Source: Polaribacter sp.
GTDB lineage: Bacteria; Bacteroidota; Bacteroidia; Flavobacteriales; Flavobacteriaceae
Direction of reading: 5' to 3'
Length of the DNA: 64,000 nt
Assembly (NCBI GenBank): GCA_049889235.1
Contig: JBMHDU010000007.1
Location: forward strand, 82,024-146,023
In this document: one piece after another, positions 16,802 through 27,179 of the stretch
How positions within the stretch are numbered: the stretch's first letter is position 1
Layout of the letters: each line of letters begins with the position of its first letter
Notes under the pieces: generated by a model
Seen by the model: only the letters and a program-made list of their open reading frames with translations
The model's database searches: none
Told to the model about the DNA's origin: nothing
Translations under genes and position numbers: made by a program

Positions 16802-17064
16802 GTATCCATTCGACCAATCGCACAGCTTACGAACGACTTGGCTTTGTGCCCTAGGGTGTTTTTATCACCCACCATTGGGTAACCCATTTTTGATAATTTT
16901 TCTTTTACGATCTCAGACACGTCTGTAGAAGCTTCATAAGTAACTTCTGAAGTGTCTACCGAAACTTCAACATTATCTACATGATCTAAGGATAATAATC
17001 CTTTTTTAATTGTAGCGGCACAACCACCACATTTCAAATTTTCTATAACTATAGTCGCACTCAT
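16798..17064 (-). CDS. Heavy-metal-associated (HMA) domain protein
   Basis: 88 aa with a ferredoxin-like HMA fold signature and a CGGC metal/sulfur-binding motif (ENLKCGGCAATIKKG). Confidence 0.8.
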   Translation of the reverse strand: MSATIVIENLKCGGCAATIKKGLLSLDHVDNVEVSVDTSEVTYEASTDVSEIVKEKLSKMGYPMVGDKNTLGHKAKSFVSCAIGRMDT

Positions 17065-17444
17065 TATTTTTCAAGTTTTTCCCAAGAAAGATATCCTCCT
17101 TCTACATTAATAACATTTTGAAATCCTTTTTCTAGCAATATTTTCGAAGCCTTTACACTTCGACCTCCGCTTCGACAGTACACATAAACGGGCTGTTTCA
17201 TATCTAATGTTTTAGCCGACTTTTCAGCGAATTTCTCATCGTAGAAATTATCAAAAATAGCGCCCTTTATAAATCCCTTTTCCCACTCTTCTGGAGTACG
17301 AACATCCAACACCTGAATGTTAGACTTGGTATCATAGATTTCTTTAAAGGCATCAATAGTGATGCTTGTATATACACCTTGTTTCTGTTGTTGCTGACAA
17401 GAAGTTAAACTAAAGGCCAAAAAAAGTAAGATAAGCTGTTTCAT
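17064..17444 (-). CDS. Rhodanese-domain sulfurtransferase, secreted/lipoprotein
   Basis: 126 aa. Signal peptide with a lipobox-like LTSC, and active-site loop CRSGGRS. Confidence 0.85.
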   Translation of the reverse strand: MKQLILLFLAFSLTSCQQQQKQGVYTSITIDAFKEIYDTKSNIQVLDVRTPEEWEKGFIKGAIFDNFYDEKFAEKSAKTLDMKQPVYVYCRSGGRSVKASKILLEKGFQNVINVEGGYLSWEKLEK

Positions 17445-18853
17445 TATTTAGTACTTGAGCATGAAATGGTTTGTGTTCTTTTTATTCCGGTTTTCTTGAT
17501 CGCTCCATAACCTCCCGCAACATCAATCACCTTATGGAAACCACGAGCTTTTAAGATTGAAGATGCAATTACCGAACGATAGCCTCCAGCACAATACACA
17601 TAAAAATCTTTATCCGTCGGAAACTCTGCAATATGATCATTGATAAAATCCAATGGTGTACTTGGCACATTCTCTACGTGCTCGTTCGTATACTCTCCTG
17701 GTTTACGAACATCAAAAACTAAAGCGCCTTCATCAATCTTTTGTGCTAATGTTTCTGGTGAAACAGATTCTAAAGTATCAATCTCTCTGCCATCTGCTTT
17801 CCAAGCATCAATACCTCCATTTAGATATCCTAAAACATTATCAAACCCAACACGCGATAATCTTGTAATCGCCTCTTCTTCTTTGCCGGCATCTACAACC
17901 AATAAAATAGCTTGATTGATATTTTTAATCAATGCTCCTACCCATGGGGCAAATGAGCCTCCTAAACCTATAAAAATCGATTGAGGAATAAATCCTTTGA
18001 TAAACTTGGATTGATGTCTTACATCTAAAATTAAGGCATCTGTTTCGTTAGCTACCAAATCAAATTCAGATGGACTCAGTGGTTTTGCTCCTCTTTCGAT
18101 TACGGTATCAATTGAATCATAACCTTCTTTATTCAACTTCACATTTAATGGGAAGTAGGCAGGCGGTGGTAATAATCCGTCAGTTACTTCTTTGATGAAT
18201 TCATCACGAGACATATCAGCACGAAGTGCATAATTGGTCTTCTTTTGATCACCAATCGTTCCTACCGTTTCTTTGCTTAAATTCTTTCCACATGCAGAAC
18301 CAGCTCCATGTGCTGGATACACAATCACGTCATCTTCTAACGTCATGATTTTTGTACGCAAACTATCGAATAGGATTCCGGCCAAATCTTCCTGAGTCAT
18401 ACTCGCTGCTTTCTGTGCCAAATCAGGACGACCTACATCACCGAGAAATAAGGTGTCACCACTAAAGATCGCATGGTTTTTCCCATTGGCGTCTTTCAAT
18501 AAATAGGTTGTGCTTTCCATGGTGTGACCTGGTGTATGTAAAGCAACAATGGTAATATCTCCTAATTTAAATTCTTCACCATCCGTAGCAATATGCGAAT
18601 CGAAACTCGTACTTGCACTTGGACCATAGACAATTTTTGCTCCTGTTTTTTCGGCTAGAGTCACATGTCCACTAACGAAATCGGCATGAAAATGAGTTTC
18701 AAAAATATATTTGATGGATGCATTATCTCGTTCTGCTCTATTGATATAATCTTGAACTTCGCGCAACGGATCTATAATCGCTGCTTCTCCGTTACTCTCT
18801 ACATAATAAGCTCCTTGAGCTAGGCATCCCGTATATATCTGTTCAATCTTCAT
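17444..18853 (-). CDS. MBL-fold persulfide-dioxygenase-like protein fused to two rhodanese domains
   Basis: 469 aa. HFHADF metal motif and GDTLF in the N-terminal MBL/ETHE1-like domain. Two rhodanese modules follow, the last with active-site CAGGYRS. Confidence 0.85.
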   Translation of the reverse strand: MKIEQIYTGCLAQGAYYVESNGEAAIIDPLREVQDYINRAERDNASIKYIFETHFHADFVSGHVTLAEKTGAKIVYGPSASTSFDSHIATDGEEFKLGDITIVALHTPGHTMESTTYLLKDANGKNHAIFSGDTLFLGDVGRPDLAQKAASMTQEDLAGILFDSLRTKIMTLEDDVIVYPAHGAGSACGKNLSKETVGTIGDQKKTNYALRADMSRDEFIKEVTDGLLPPPAYFPLNVKLNKEGYDSIDTVIERGAKPLSPSEFDLVANETDALILDVRHQSKFIKGFIPQSIFIGLGGSFAPWVGALIKNINQAILLVVDAGKEEEAITRLSRVGFDNVLGYLNGGIDAWKADGREIDTLESVSPETLAQKIDEGALVFDVRKPGEYTNEHVENVPSTPLDFINDHIAEFPTDKDFYVYCAGGYRSVIASSILKARGFHKVIDVAGGYGAIKKTGIKRTQTISCSSTK

Positions 18854-18933
18854 AGGTTTACTTTAAATTCGTTTCAAAATTACATTAGTTTTCAATTTCT
18901 TTCTCATGATTTTTATCATCAATACATATGGCA

Positions 18934-20661
18934 TTATTCATAAGCCTGATGGATGTATTGTGAATATTTTATCTGACTGTCTCTATTTCCTGTTTTGTAA
19001 TAGACTACCGCATCATTTGGTCGCATAAAGAAGTGATAAATATCAATAATCTCTAAAATTCCACTTCTAAACAAGGAATCCCGAACCGGGCCTTTCACCG
19101 CAGCGAAGTAAAAAGTGATTTCTTTTTTCTGATAAAATAGGATTCTTTCTTTCAACATTTCAACAGCCGTACTATCGACCCGGTTCATACTTTCAGCATC
19201 AAAAACAATAATCTTTAAGACTTCACCTTTGGCTTCAACCATTTCATCCAACTTATCTCTAAAATAACCCGCATTGGCATAAAATAATTGTGCATCAAAA
19301 CGGAAAACAAGAATATCACTTTCAATGATTACTTCTTCAAAACGATTTTTATTTCGGAAAAAATCAGAGTCTGGCACCTTTCCTAATTCGGTAACATAAG
19401 GTCGAGTTGTTCTAAATAAAAGAATAATTAAGGACAGGGCTACACCCACAAAAATTCCATATTCGATTCCGAGAACCAAGGTCGATGCAAAGGTTGCTAT
19501 CAACAACCAGAAATCTAAATTATTGGCTTTCCACAGGTATCTCGCTTCCTTGAAATTTATGAGTCCGAATACCGCCACAATAATAATTGCTGCTAACACG
19601 GTTTTCGGTAAATAGTAAAACAATGGAGTCAAGTATAATAAAGTTAAGGCCACCATGATCACTGATACAAAAGCCGACACTCCTGTCTTTCCGCCAGTTT
19701 CCTGATTGATCGCGGATCTTGAAAAACTAGAAGCAATAGGATATGATTTAAATAAGGAACCCACCATATTACTTAATCCCAGCGCAATCAATTCCTGATT
19801 CGGACGGATACGATATTCGTCTTGTTGGGCTTCTAAGGATTTTCCTATGGAAATGGTTTCCAGGTAACCTACCATCACAAGGGTTAAGGCAATGGGCATC
19901 AATTCTCGAATCTGATCCAAATCATACGACGGAATATTGAAGGTAGGTAAGCCCGACGGAATGTCTTTCACGATAGCTACCTGATCGAAATGCACTCCAA
20001 AGTATTTCAATAGTACGATTCCGAATACCACCACAATAAGTGCGTTTGGTATTTTTTTGTTGATGCGCTTTAGAACAATGATAATAAGCACTGAAATTAA
20101 ACCGATAGATGCGGTTTGTAAGTTGATATCTCCAATACGCTGAAATATATCAACAGCAACTACTTGAATCAAATCAGATTGTATAAAATCAACTCCTAAT
20201 AAATTCCGAAATTGGTTTAATCCGATGGTTAAGGCCACTGCGGATGTGAATCCGGTAATTACTGGTCTCGATAAAAAGTTAACAATAAATCCGAGGCTAA
20301 AGATTCCAAGTAAAAACTGAATGGCTCCTACCAATAAGGCCAAGAGAATCCCAATTTCGATATAACTCTGTGAACCCGCTAGTGCTAAGGTAGACACACC
20401 CGTTGCTACAATTAAGGAATCCATAGCGACAGGACCGATAGCCACTTGTCTTGAAGATCCAAAGATGGCATAGATGATTTGCGGAACTAGGGCGCAATAC
20501 AATCCGTAAATAGGCGGTAAACCTGCAATTAAGGCGTAGGCAATTCCTTGTGGTATTAAGATTATACTCACTGTAATTCCGGCCACCAAGTCACCTTTTA
20601 AGTAACTTTTGTTGTAATTGGGTAGCCAATCTAAAATCGGAATTACCTTTTTGATATTCAT
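18934..20661 (-). CDS. SulP family anion (sulfate) permease with C-terminal STAS domain
   Basis: 575 aa. N-terminal motif DLVAGITVSIILIPQGIAYALIAGLPP, and a STAS-like C-terminus. Confidence 0.9.
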   Translation of the reverse strand: MNIKKVIPILDWLPNYNKSYLKGDLVAGITVSIILIPQGIAYALIAGLPPIYGLYCALVPQIIYAIFGSSRQVAIGPVAMDSLIVATGVSTLALAGSQSYIEIGILLALLVGAIQFLLGIFSLGFIVNFLSRPVITGFTSAVALTIGLNQFRNLLGVDFIQSDLIQVVAVDIFQRIGDINLQTASIGLISVLIIIVLKRINKKIPNALIVVVFGIVLLKYFGVHFDQVAIVKDIPSGLPTFNIPSYDLDQIRELMPIALTLVMVGYLETISIGKSLEAQQDEYRIRPNQELIALGLSNMVGSLFKSYPIASSFSRSAINQETGGKTGVSAFVSVIMVALTLLYLTPLFYYLPKTVLAAIIIVAVFGLINFKEARYLWKANNLDFWLLIATFASTLVLGIEYGIFVGVALSLIILLFRTTRPYVTELGKVPDSDFFRNKNRFEEVIIESDILVFRFDAQLFYANAGYFRDKLDEMVEAKGEVLKIIVFDAESMNRVDSTAVEMLKERILFYQKKEITFYFAAVKGPVRDSLFRSGILEIIDIYHFFMRPNDAVVYYKTGNRDSQIKYSQYIHQAYE

Positions 20662-20663
20662 GA

Positions 20664-21686
20664 TTAAAAAAGTTTGCCTTGTGGCTTTCCTTTAATTCGA
20701 CCGAGGTGCTTATATGCCAAATCGGTCACTTCTCTACCCCTTGGTGTACGCATAATGAATCCTTGCTGAATTAAGAAAGGTTCATATACTTCTTCGATGG
20801 TTTCGGCATTCTCACTAATGGCAGTTGCCAGGGTATTGATTCCGACAGGGCCACCTTTAAATTTATCGATAATCGTAGAGAGTATTTTGTTGTCCATTTC
20901 GTCCAATCCGTGCGCATCGACGTGTAAGGCCTCTAAGGCAAATCGTGCGATTTCGATGGTAATTCGACCATCACCTTTAATTTGAGCAAAGTCGCGTACT
21001 CTTCGAAGTAATGCATTCGCAATACGTGGCGTTCCTCGACTTCGACCTGCAATTTCGATGGCTGCTTCAAAGCTGATAGGCACACCTAAAATCTTGGCAC
21101 TACGTTGAACGATGGTCGACAGCAATTCTGTTGAATAGTAATGCAGTCGGCTACTGATTCCGAAACGTGCGCGCATTGGCGCTGTTAATAATCCAGATCT
21201 GGTTGTCGCACCAATTAGTGTAAACGGTTCCAAATTGATTTGAACAGTTCTCGCATTTGGACCAGATTCAATCATGATATCGATCTTATAGTCTTCCATA
21301 GCCGAATACAGGTATTCTTCTACAATCGGACTCAATCTATGGATCTCATCAATAAACAGCACATCACGTTCTTCGAGGTTGGTCAATAGCCCGGCTAAAT
21401 CACCTGGTTTATCCAACACAGGACCAGAGGTTACTTTAATTCCGACATCCAGTTCATTCGCTAAAATATGGGCTAAGGTTGTTTTCCCTAAGCCAGGAGG
21501 TCCGTGAAATAGGGTGTGGTCTAAAGCTTCGTCTCGTTGATTGGCAGCCTGAACAAAAATTTTGAGGTTTTCAATAGATTGTTCCTGACCCGAAAAGTCA
21601 TCAAAAGATAAGGGTCTTAACTTTTTTTCAACATCGAGTTCTTCGTTCGAATAATGACTGTTATCTGGGTTCAAATTTTCGTTCAT
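20664..21686 (-). CDS. ruvB: Holliday junction branch migration helicase RuvB
   Basis: 340 aa. [11 protein letters not shown] Walker [10 protein letters not shown], and a RuvB C-terminal winged helix. Confidence 0.95.
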   Translation of the reverse strand: MNENLNPDNSHYSNEELDVEKKLRPLSFDDFSGQEQSIENLKIFVQAANQRDEALDHTLFHGPPGLGKTTLAHILANELDVGIKVTSGPVLDKPGDLAGLLTNLEERDVLFIDEIHRLSPIVEEYLYSAMEDYKIDIMIESGPNARTVQINLEPFTLIGATTRSGLLTAPMRARFGISSRLHYYSTELLSTIVQRSAKILGVPISFEAAIEIAGRSRGTPRIANALLRRVRDFAQIKGDGRITIEIARFALEALHVDAHGLDEMDNKILSTIIDKFKGGPVGINTLATAISENAETIEEVYEPFLIQQGFIMRTPRGREVTDLAYKHLGRIKGKPQGKLF

Positions 21687-21734
21687 CTTAACAAAGATAA
21701 AAAGAATTCAAAGCAAACGGGATGCATAGAAATT

Positions 21735-21766
21735 AAAATGCCTTTCCGAAAATGGAAAGGCATTTT
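21735..21766 (-). terminator. Intrinsic terminator after the cox operon (symmetrical, possibly bidirectional)
   Basis: AAAATGCCTTTCC / GGAAAGGCATTTT stem flanked by A/T runs, 20 nt downstream of the coxI stop. Confidence 0.65.
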
Positions 21767-21785
21767 ATGAATTTATGTTTTTCGA

Positions 21786-23567
21786 CTATGAAGGTTCTTC
21801 TCCTTCTAACAATGGTGTGGTTTGTAGTACAAAATCTTCACCATGTAAGTAGTCACTATCGTCATCATTTGGATCTACTTTCTTACTGTAGTCGTATGCC
21901 CATCTGTGTACTTCTGGAATTTTTCCTGGCCAGTTTCCGTGAATGTGCTCTACAGGAGTAGTCCATTCTAATGTATTTGATCTCCATGGGTTTTGCGTCG
22001 CTTTCTCTCCTCTGTAAATTGAGATAAAGAAGTTCGCCAAGAAAATCAACTGAGCTGCTCCACCGATTAAAGCGAAAGAAGTAATCACAACATTAATATC
22101 TGCCAAGTCATCAAACATTGGGAATGCTGTATTCGTATAGTATCTTCTTGGTAAACCAGCTAATCCCATAAAGTGCATTGGCCAGAATACACCGTACGCT
22201 GTGATAATGGTTAACCAGAAATGCCAATACCCCATGGTTTTGTTCATCAATCTACCATACATTTTTGGGAACCAATGATACACTCCTGCAAACATTCCGA
22301 ATAAGGCAGATACCCCCATTACTAAGTGGAAATGTGCCACAACAAAATACGTATCATGGATATTAATATCTAAGGCAGAATCTCCTAATACAATCCCTGT
22401 TAAACCACCGGTTACGAAGGTTGAAACCAATCCGATAGAGAATAACATCGCTGGATTCAATTGCAGATTACCTTTCCATAATGTGGTTACATAGTTAAAG
22501 GCTTTTACTGCAGAAGGAATCGCAATTAATAAAGTGGTAAATGTAAATACCGACCCTAAGAATGGGTTCATCCCAGATACGAACATGTGGTGACCCCATA
22601 CAATCGTTGATAAGAATGCAATCGCCATAATTGAACCTACCATGGCACGGTATCCGAAAATTGGTTTTCTTGCATTTGTCGAAATAACTTCTGAAGTAAT
22701 TCCTAATGCAGGTAATAAGATGATATATACTTCTGGGTGTCCTAAGAACCAGAATAAGTGTTCGAACAATACTGGCGAACCACCTTGATAGTGTAATACT
22801 TCACCTGCGATAAAAATATCTGACAAGTAGAAAGAAGTACCAAAGCTTCTATCGAAGATTAATAATAAAGCTGCCGATAATAATACTGGGAACGATACCA
22901 CACCAATAATAGCAGTGATAAAGAATGCCCAGATCGTTAATGGTAATCTTGTCATCTTCATACCTTTCACTCGTAAATTGATTACAGTAACGATATAGTT
23001 TAACGAACCAATTAAAGAGGAGGCGATAAATATTGCCATAGAAACTAACCAAAGTGTCATACCAGCACCAGAACCTGGAATCGCTTGTGGTAATGCACTT
23101 AATGGAGGGTAGATTGTCCATCCTGCAGAAGCTGGTCCAGCTTCAACAAATAATGAAATCACCATCACCACACTAGACAAGAAGAATAACCAGTAAGAGA
23201 TCATGTTCAAGAATCCTGACGCCATATCTCTTGCTCCAATCTGCAATGGAATTAATAAGTTAGAAAATGTACCACTCAATCCGGCAGTTAATACGAAGAA
23301 TACCATGATTGTACCGTGAATGGTTACTAGGGCCAGGTAAATATCCGGGCTCATGATACCATCCGACTGGTGTGGTCCTAAAAATGCTTCAATGATCGTA
23401 AATGACTTTTCTGGCCATGCTAATTGAAGTCTAAATAACATTGACATAAATACACCGATAATCCCCATGATCATACCAGTTATTAAAAACTGCTTAGATA
23501 TCATTTTATGATCTTGAGAGAAAATGTATTTAGTTACAAATGTTTCCTTGTGATGATGTTCTGACAT
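21786..23567 (-). CDS. ctaD: Cytochrome c oxidase subunit I
   Basis: 593 aa with canonical heme-copper oxidase helices (WFFGHPEVYILILP-like FWFLGHPEVYIILLPA, HHMF). Confidence 0.95.
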   Translation of the reverse strand: MSEHHHKETFVTKYIFSQDHKMISKQFLITGMIMGIIGVFMSMLFRLQLAWPEKSFTIIEAFLGPHQSDGIMSPDIYLALVTIHGTIMVFFVLTAGLSGTFSNLLIPLQIGARDMASGFLNMISYWLFFLSSVVMVISLFVEAGPASAGWTIYPPLSALPQAIPGSGAGMTLWLVSMAIFIASSLIGSLNYIVTVINLRVKGMKMTRLPLTIWAFFITAIIGVVSFPVLLSAALLLIFDRSFGTSFYLSDIFIAGEVLHYQGGSPVLFEHLFWFLGHPEVYIILLPALGITSEVISTNARKPIFGYRAMVGSIMAIAFLSTIVWGHHMFVSGMNPFLGSVFTFTTLLIAIPSAVKAFNYVTTLWKGNLQLNPAMLFSIGLVSTFVTGGLTGIVLGDSALDINIHDTYFVVAHFHLVMGVSALFGMFAGVYHWFPKMYGRLMNKTMGYWHFWLTIITAYGVFWPMHFMGLAGLPRRYYTNTAFPMFDDLADINVVITSFALIGGAAQLIFLANFFISIYRGEKATQNPWRSNTLEWTTPVEHIHGNWPGKIPEVHRWAYDYSKKVDPNDDDSDYLHGEDFVLQTTPLLEGEEPS

Positions 23568-23587
23568 GATCTTTTCTTGTTTGTTTT

Positions 23588-24598
23588 TTATTGTTTAATA
23601 ACTTCAGCTAATGTGGCTTGTTTACCAATCCACTCATTAAATTCATCTTCTTCTACAACAGTAATTTTCATCTGCATGTTATAGTGAGAAGCTCCACATA
23701 TTTTATTACATAGTAATAAATAATCAAACTCATAAGGATCTTCACCCTTCTCTTTTCTTATTTTGTTAATCCCTCTAGTTTTTGCAATCACCTCAGGATT
23801 TTGTCTCATTTCTTCCGTAGTATATTTTGGAGTAAATCCGAACTCGGTAACCATACCTGGAACACAGTTCATCTGTGCTCTAAAGTGTGGCATATACGCT
23901 GAGTGTAATACATCTTGCGAACGGAATTTAAAATGAATCTTTCTTCCTTTTGGAAGGTATAATTCTGTAACTTGGATATCGTCTTGAGAGTTTTTATCAG
24001 ACATATCAACTCCCATTGTATTTATACCTTTAATAAAGTTTACGTTTCCAAGTCCTAATGTGTTGTCTGCTCCAGCATAACGAGCGTCCCATCTAAACTG
24101 CTGTGAATACACTTCAATTACAAGTGGCTCCTCTTCTGCGGAGATGTCCATTACGTTGTTCCACTGCCATAACCCGTAACCAATTAACACTACCAACACC
24201 AAGGCTGGTGTTACGGTCCAAATCAATTCCAATTTGTGGCTATCTGCGTAGAATTTAGCTTTTCTATCTTTCTGTCCTTTGTATTTAAATGTAAAGTAGA
24301 AAATTAGGAACTGCATTATGAACTGAACGATGCCAATAATCCAAAATGTGATATTGAATAAGTTATCATCATGTTCACCTTCTAAACTCGCTGCTTCTGG
24401 AAGCATGATTACGTTCATAGCAATCAATGTATAAATCATTGTTGCGTATAAGATTACCATAAAGTATATGGCATTTTTTCCTTGTGCAGCGTTATCCTTA
24501 TCATTTGCAATGGAACCTCTAAAATTTAAGATTCTAGTGATTTGCCAAATGCTTACACCTACTGCGACAAAAATCAAAATGTAAAACAGTGCTAACAT
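23588..24598 (-). CDS. coxB: Cytochrome c oxidase subunit II
   Basis: 336 aa with the CuA site DVLHS...CNKICGASHYNM. Confidence 0.9.
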   Translation of the reverse strand: MLALFYILIFVAVGVSIWQITRILNFRGSIANDKDNAAQGKNAIYFMVILYATMIYTLIAMNVIMLPEAASLEGEHDDNLFNITFWIIGIVQFIMQFLIFYFTFKYKGQKDRKAKFYADSHKLELIWTVTPALVLVVLIGYGLWQWNNVMDISAEEEPLVIEVYSQQFRWDARYAGADNTLGLGNVNFIKGINTMGVDMSDKNSQDDIQVTELYLPKGRKIHFKFRSQDVLHSAYMPHFRAQMNCVPGMVTEFGFTPKYTTEEMRQNPEVIAKTRGINKIRKEKGEDPYEFDYLLLCNKICGASHYNMQMKITVVEEDEFNEWIGKQATLAEVIKQ

Positions 24599-24632
24599 GT
24601 GTTATATTTCTTTTCTTCTGATTAATTAATTT

Positions 24633-26078
24633 TTAATGATGATCATCTGCAGTTTCTCCTGTGTGCTCAATATTATAATAGTGGAAATGCTCACTTTCTC
24701 CTAACATTGGGTTTCCTTTCGCTACTGGATCAGCTTTTGTAAACGCGCTGAATACCGTATAGATAAAAATACCAATAAAGAATAATAAAGCTCCTAATTC
24801 AGGAATTCCGAATCCCCAAGATGAACCAACTGTTCCTGGCATCACCATGATGAATACATCTAAATAATGTCCTGCTAAGATTACGATACCTCCAATGAAT
24901 ACAAACCAAGGTCTTGATTTGAAATCACTATTGATTAATAATAATACAGGGAATGCAAAGTTCATCACAACCATTGCTAAGAATGGTAATTTATACTCTG
25001 TAAAACGTGCAACGTAGTATGTTCCTTCTTCTGGAATATTCGCATACCAAATCAACATAAACTGTGCGAACCATAAGTATGTCCAGAATACTGAGAAACC
25101 AAACATGAATTTCGCTAAATCGTGAATGTGACTATCGTTTACTTGTGGTAAGAATCCTTTTGATCTTAAGTAAATCGTTACAAATGCGATTACAGTTAAT
25201 GCACTTACCAATAAACTAGCTAACACATACCAACCGAATAATGTTGAGAACCAGTGTGGATCAAGACCCATAATCCAGTCCCAAGTCATCATAGACTCAG
25301 TTAACATGAATACTACTAAGAATACAACAGAAACGTTGTAATTTAATTTGTGTGTTTTATAGTTGTCATTTGCAGTATCTTCTGCAATTGAGTTTCTTCT
25401 GATAAACCATCTGTAGGCATTCCATAGTGCTAGGTAGATGATCCCTCTAATCACCCATCCTGGAGTGTTAATCCACCAAGATTTTCCATCTACAATTGGA
25501 TCATAGTTTTCGTGACCTGGAGTGAACGTACCTTCAGTCATCCAAACGAATAAGTGATTGTAATGCATTACAGAAAGAATAATCACAATCAACATAATGA
25601 TAGATGTCGGTACAATATTCGCAGTAATTGCCTCCATCACTCTGAATAAAACAATAGACCATCCTGCTTTAGCCACACGTTGTGCAGCATAGAATGCTAA
25701 TACTAATAACGAGATGCCTAAGAAGAAGAATAGGGCTACATAAAACGCAGACCAAGGTCTGTTTTGCATTTGATGTAATAAGTGTTCTCCGTGTTCGTCT
25801 TCATGACTATCTGTAGCATGACCATCTTTGGTATGCGATTCTTTATGAGTCGCATCTGTGTGAGCCTGTTTTTTAGTTGTATCTCCGTGGTTGTCTGCAT
25901 GAGCAGTACCATGATCATTCCCATGATCATCACCATGAGCTACCATAGCTTTGGCTTCTTCTACTGTTGATGGAGCAGAATAAAATCCGTAACCAATTCC
26001 TAAAAGACCTACAATGATAAGTCCGAATGCTGTTAACTTTAAATTTTTTGAAAATTGATACATATTTTCCAAATTCAA
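24633..26078 (-). CDS. actF: Alternative complex III subunit ActF (quinol:cytochrome c oxidoreductase membrane subunit)
   Basis: 481 aa polytopic NrfD-like paralogue in the canonical position after actE. It contains a His-rich loop between TM1 and TM2. Confidence 0.8.
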   Translation of the reverse strand: MNLENMYQFSKNLKLTAFGLIIVGLLGIGYGFYSAPSTVEEAKAMVAHGDDHGNDHGTAHADNHGDTTKKQAHTDATHKESHTKDGHATDSHEDEHGEHLLHQMQNRPWSAFYVALFFFLGISLLVLAFYAAQRVAKAGWSIVLFRVMEAITANIVPTSIIMLIVIILSVMHYNHLFVWMTEGTFTPGHENYDPIVDGKSWWINTPGWVIRGIIYLALWNAYRWFIRRNSIAEDTANDNYKTHKLNYNVSVVFLVVFMLTESMMTWDWIMGLDPHWFSTLFGWYVLASLLVSALTVIAFVTIYLRSKGFLPQVNDSHIHDLAKFMFGFSVFWTYLWFAQFMLIWYANIPEEGTYYVARFTEYKLPFLAMVVMNFAFPVLLLINSDFKSRPWFVFIGGIVILAGHYLDVFIMVMPGTVGSSWGFGIPELGALLFFIGIFIYTVFSAFTKADPVAKGNPMLGESEHFHYYNIEHTGETADDHH

Positions 26079-26087
26079 TCTATTGCT

Positions 26088-26639
26088 TTATTTTAATAAA
26101 TCTGCTCTTAATTTTTCTACGTAGTGCACTACTTGCCAGCGCTCGTTGTAGGTTAATTGAGAGGAGTGAGATCCCATTAAGTTTTTACCATGCATAATAA
26201 CGTGGTAAATTGTCCCTGCATTAATATCTCTGTCTTTGTAATTTGGGATACCGTTAAACTTTTCTGCCTGCGATAAATATCCGTTACCGTCACCTTTTTT
26301 ACCATGACAGCTAATACAGTAAATTTCGTAGGTTTTCTTACCCTTCTCTAGGTTTGCTTCTGAAGCCTCTAATGGATTTGTTAACTCCGTTCTTGCTTTT
26401 TCGTAACCATCGATAGTATTTGGGATATCATAAGCTGGATGACCACCTCTTGGAATTGTTCCTGCTACAGGCTTGCTGTTTACTGGTGTTCCGTTTAATC
26501 CGTTAGAACCATCCGTTTTATAAGGTACAGATACATACATGTCTGGCATATATTGCACTTGAGGAGAACGTTTATCTGAACAAGATACCATTCCCACAAA
26601 AATGATTAATACCGCTACTAATTTGATATTTTTCATCAT
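26088..26639 (-). CDS. actE: Alternative complex III monoheme cytochrome c subunit ActE
   Basis: 183 aa with a lipoprotein-like signal (VSCSD) and a single CISCH heme motif. Confidence 0.8.
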   Translation of the reverse strand: MMKNIKLVAVLIIFVGMVSCSDKRSPQVQYMPDMYVSVPYKTDGSNGLNGTPVNSKPVAGTIPRGGHPAYDIPNTIDGYEKARTELTNPLEASEANLEKGKKTYEIYCISCHGKKGDGNGYLSQAEKFNGIPNYKDRDINAGTIYHVIMHGKNLMGSHSSQLTYNERWQVVHYVEKLRADLLK

Positions 26640-26646
26640 ACCTCTT

Positions 26647-27177
26647 TTAATGCTTGTCTACTATATTAATTTCTACTGCCCCTGTTTTCTCTAATAAAGC
26701 AGTTAATTTCTTTTCGCCTCCTTCTGCTACAGGAATCTCCATTAAGAAATGATCATCTGTAGTTCTAGGATCTGGATTCTCTGCTTTTTTGAATGGCCAG
26801 ATTCTACTTCTCATATAGAATGTGATTACCATTAAGTGAGCTGCAAAGAATACGGTTAATTCGAACATTACAGGAACGAAAGCCGGCATGTTTTCGAACC
26901 AAGAGAAACTTGGCTTACCACCAATATCCTGTGGCCAATCCTGAATCATCATGTAATTGGTCATCCAAATCGCTACTGCAAGACCAGTAACTCCAAACAT
27001 AAATGAAGCAATTGCCAATCTAGTAGGCTCTAATCCCATGGCTTTGTCTAATCCGTGAACCGGAAAAGGACAAAACACTTCTTCGATATGATGGTGCTCC
27101 GCTTTAACCGCTTTAACAGCATCTAATAAAATCTCGTCATCGTTATAAAACGCGTGAATCACTTTTGATGCTCCCAT
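26647..27177 (-). CDS. actD: Alternative complex III subunit ActD (DUF3341-type)
   Basis: 176 aa with two TM helices, in the canonical position between actC and actE. Confidence 0.8.
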   Translation of the reverse strand: MGASKVIHAFYNDDEILLDAVKAVKAEHHHIEEVFCPFPVHGLDKAMGLEPTRLAIASFMFGVTGLAVAIWMTNYMMIQDWPQDIGGKPSFSWFENMPAFVPVMFELTVFFAAHLMVITFYMRSRIWPFKKAENPDPRTTDDHFLMEIPVAEGGEKKLTALLEKTGAVEINIVDKH

Positions 27178-27179
27178 AA

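Noticed and set aside
21752-21961. A 69-aa + strand ORF spanning the cox terminator and the 3' end of coxI.
   Set aside because: It is antisense to the highly conserved coxI C-terminus and starts inside the terminator hairpin, so it is spurious.
25736-25970. Two small ORFs (62-66 aa, Met/Ile/Val-rich) on both strands over the ActF His-rich segment.
   Set aside because: These are alternative-frame artefacts of the repetitive CATGA/GATCAT sequence that encodes the His/Asp loop.
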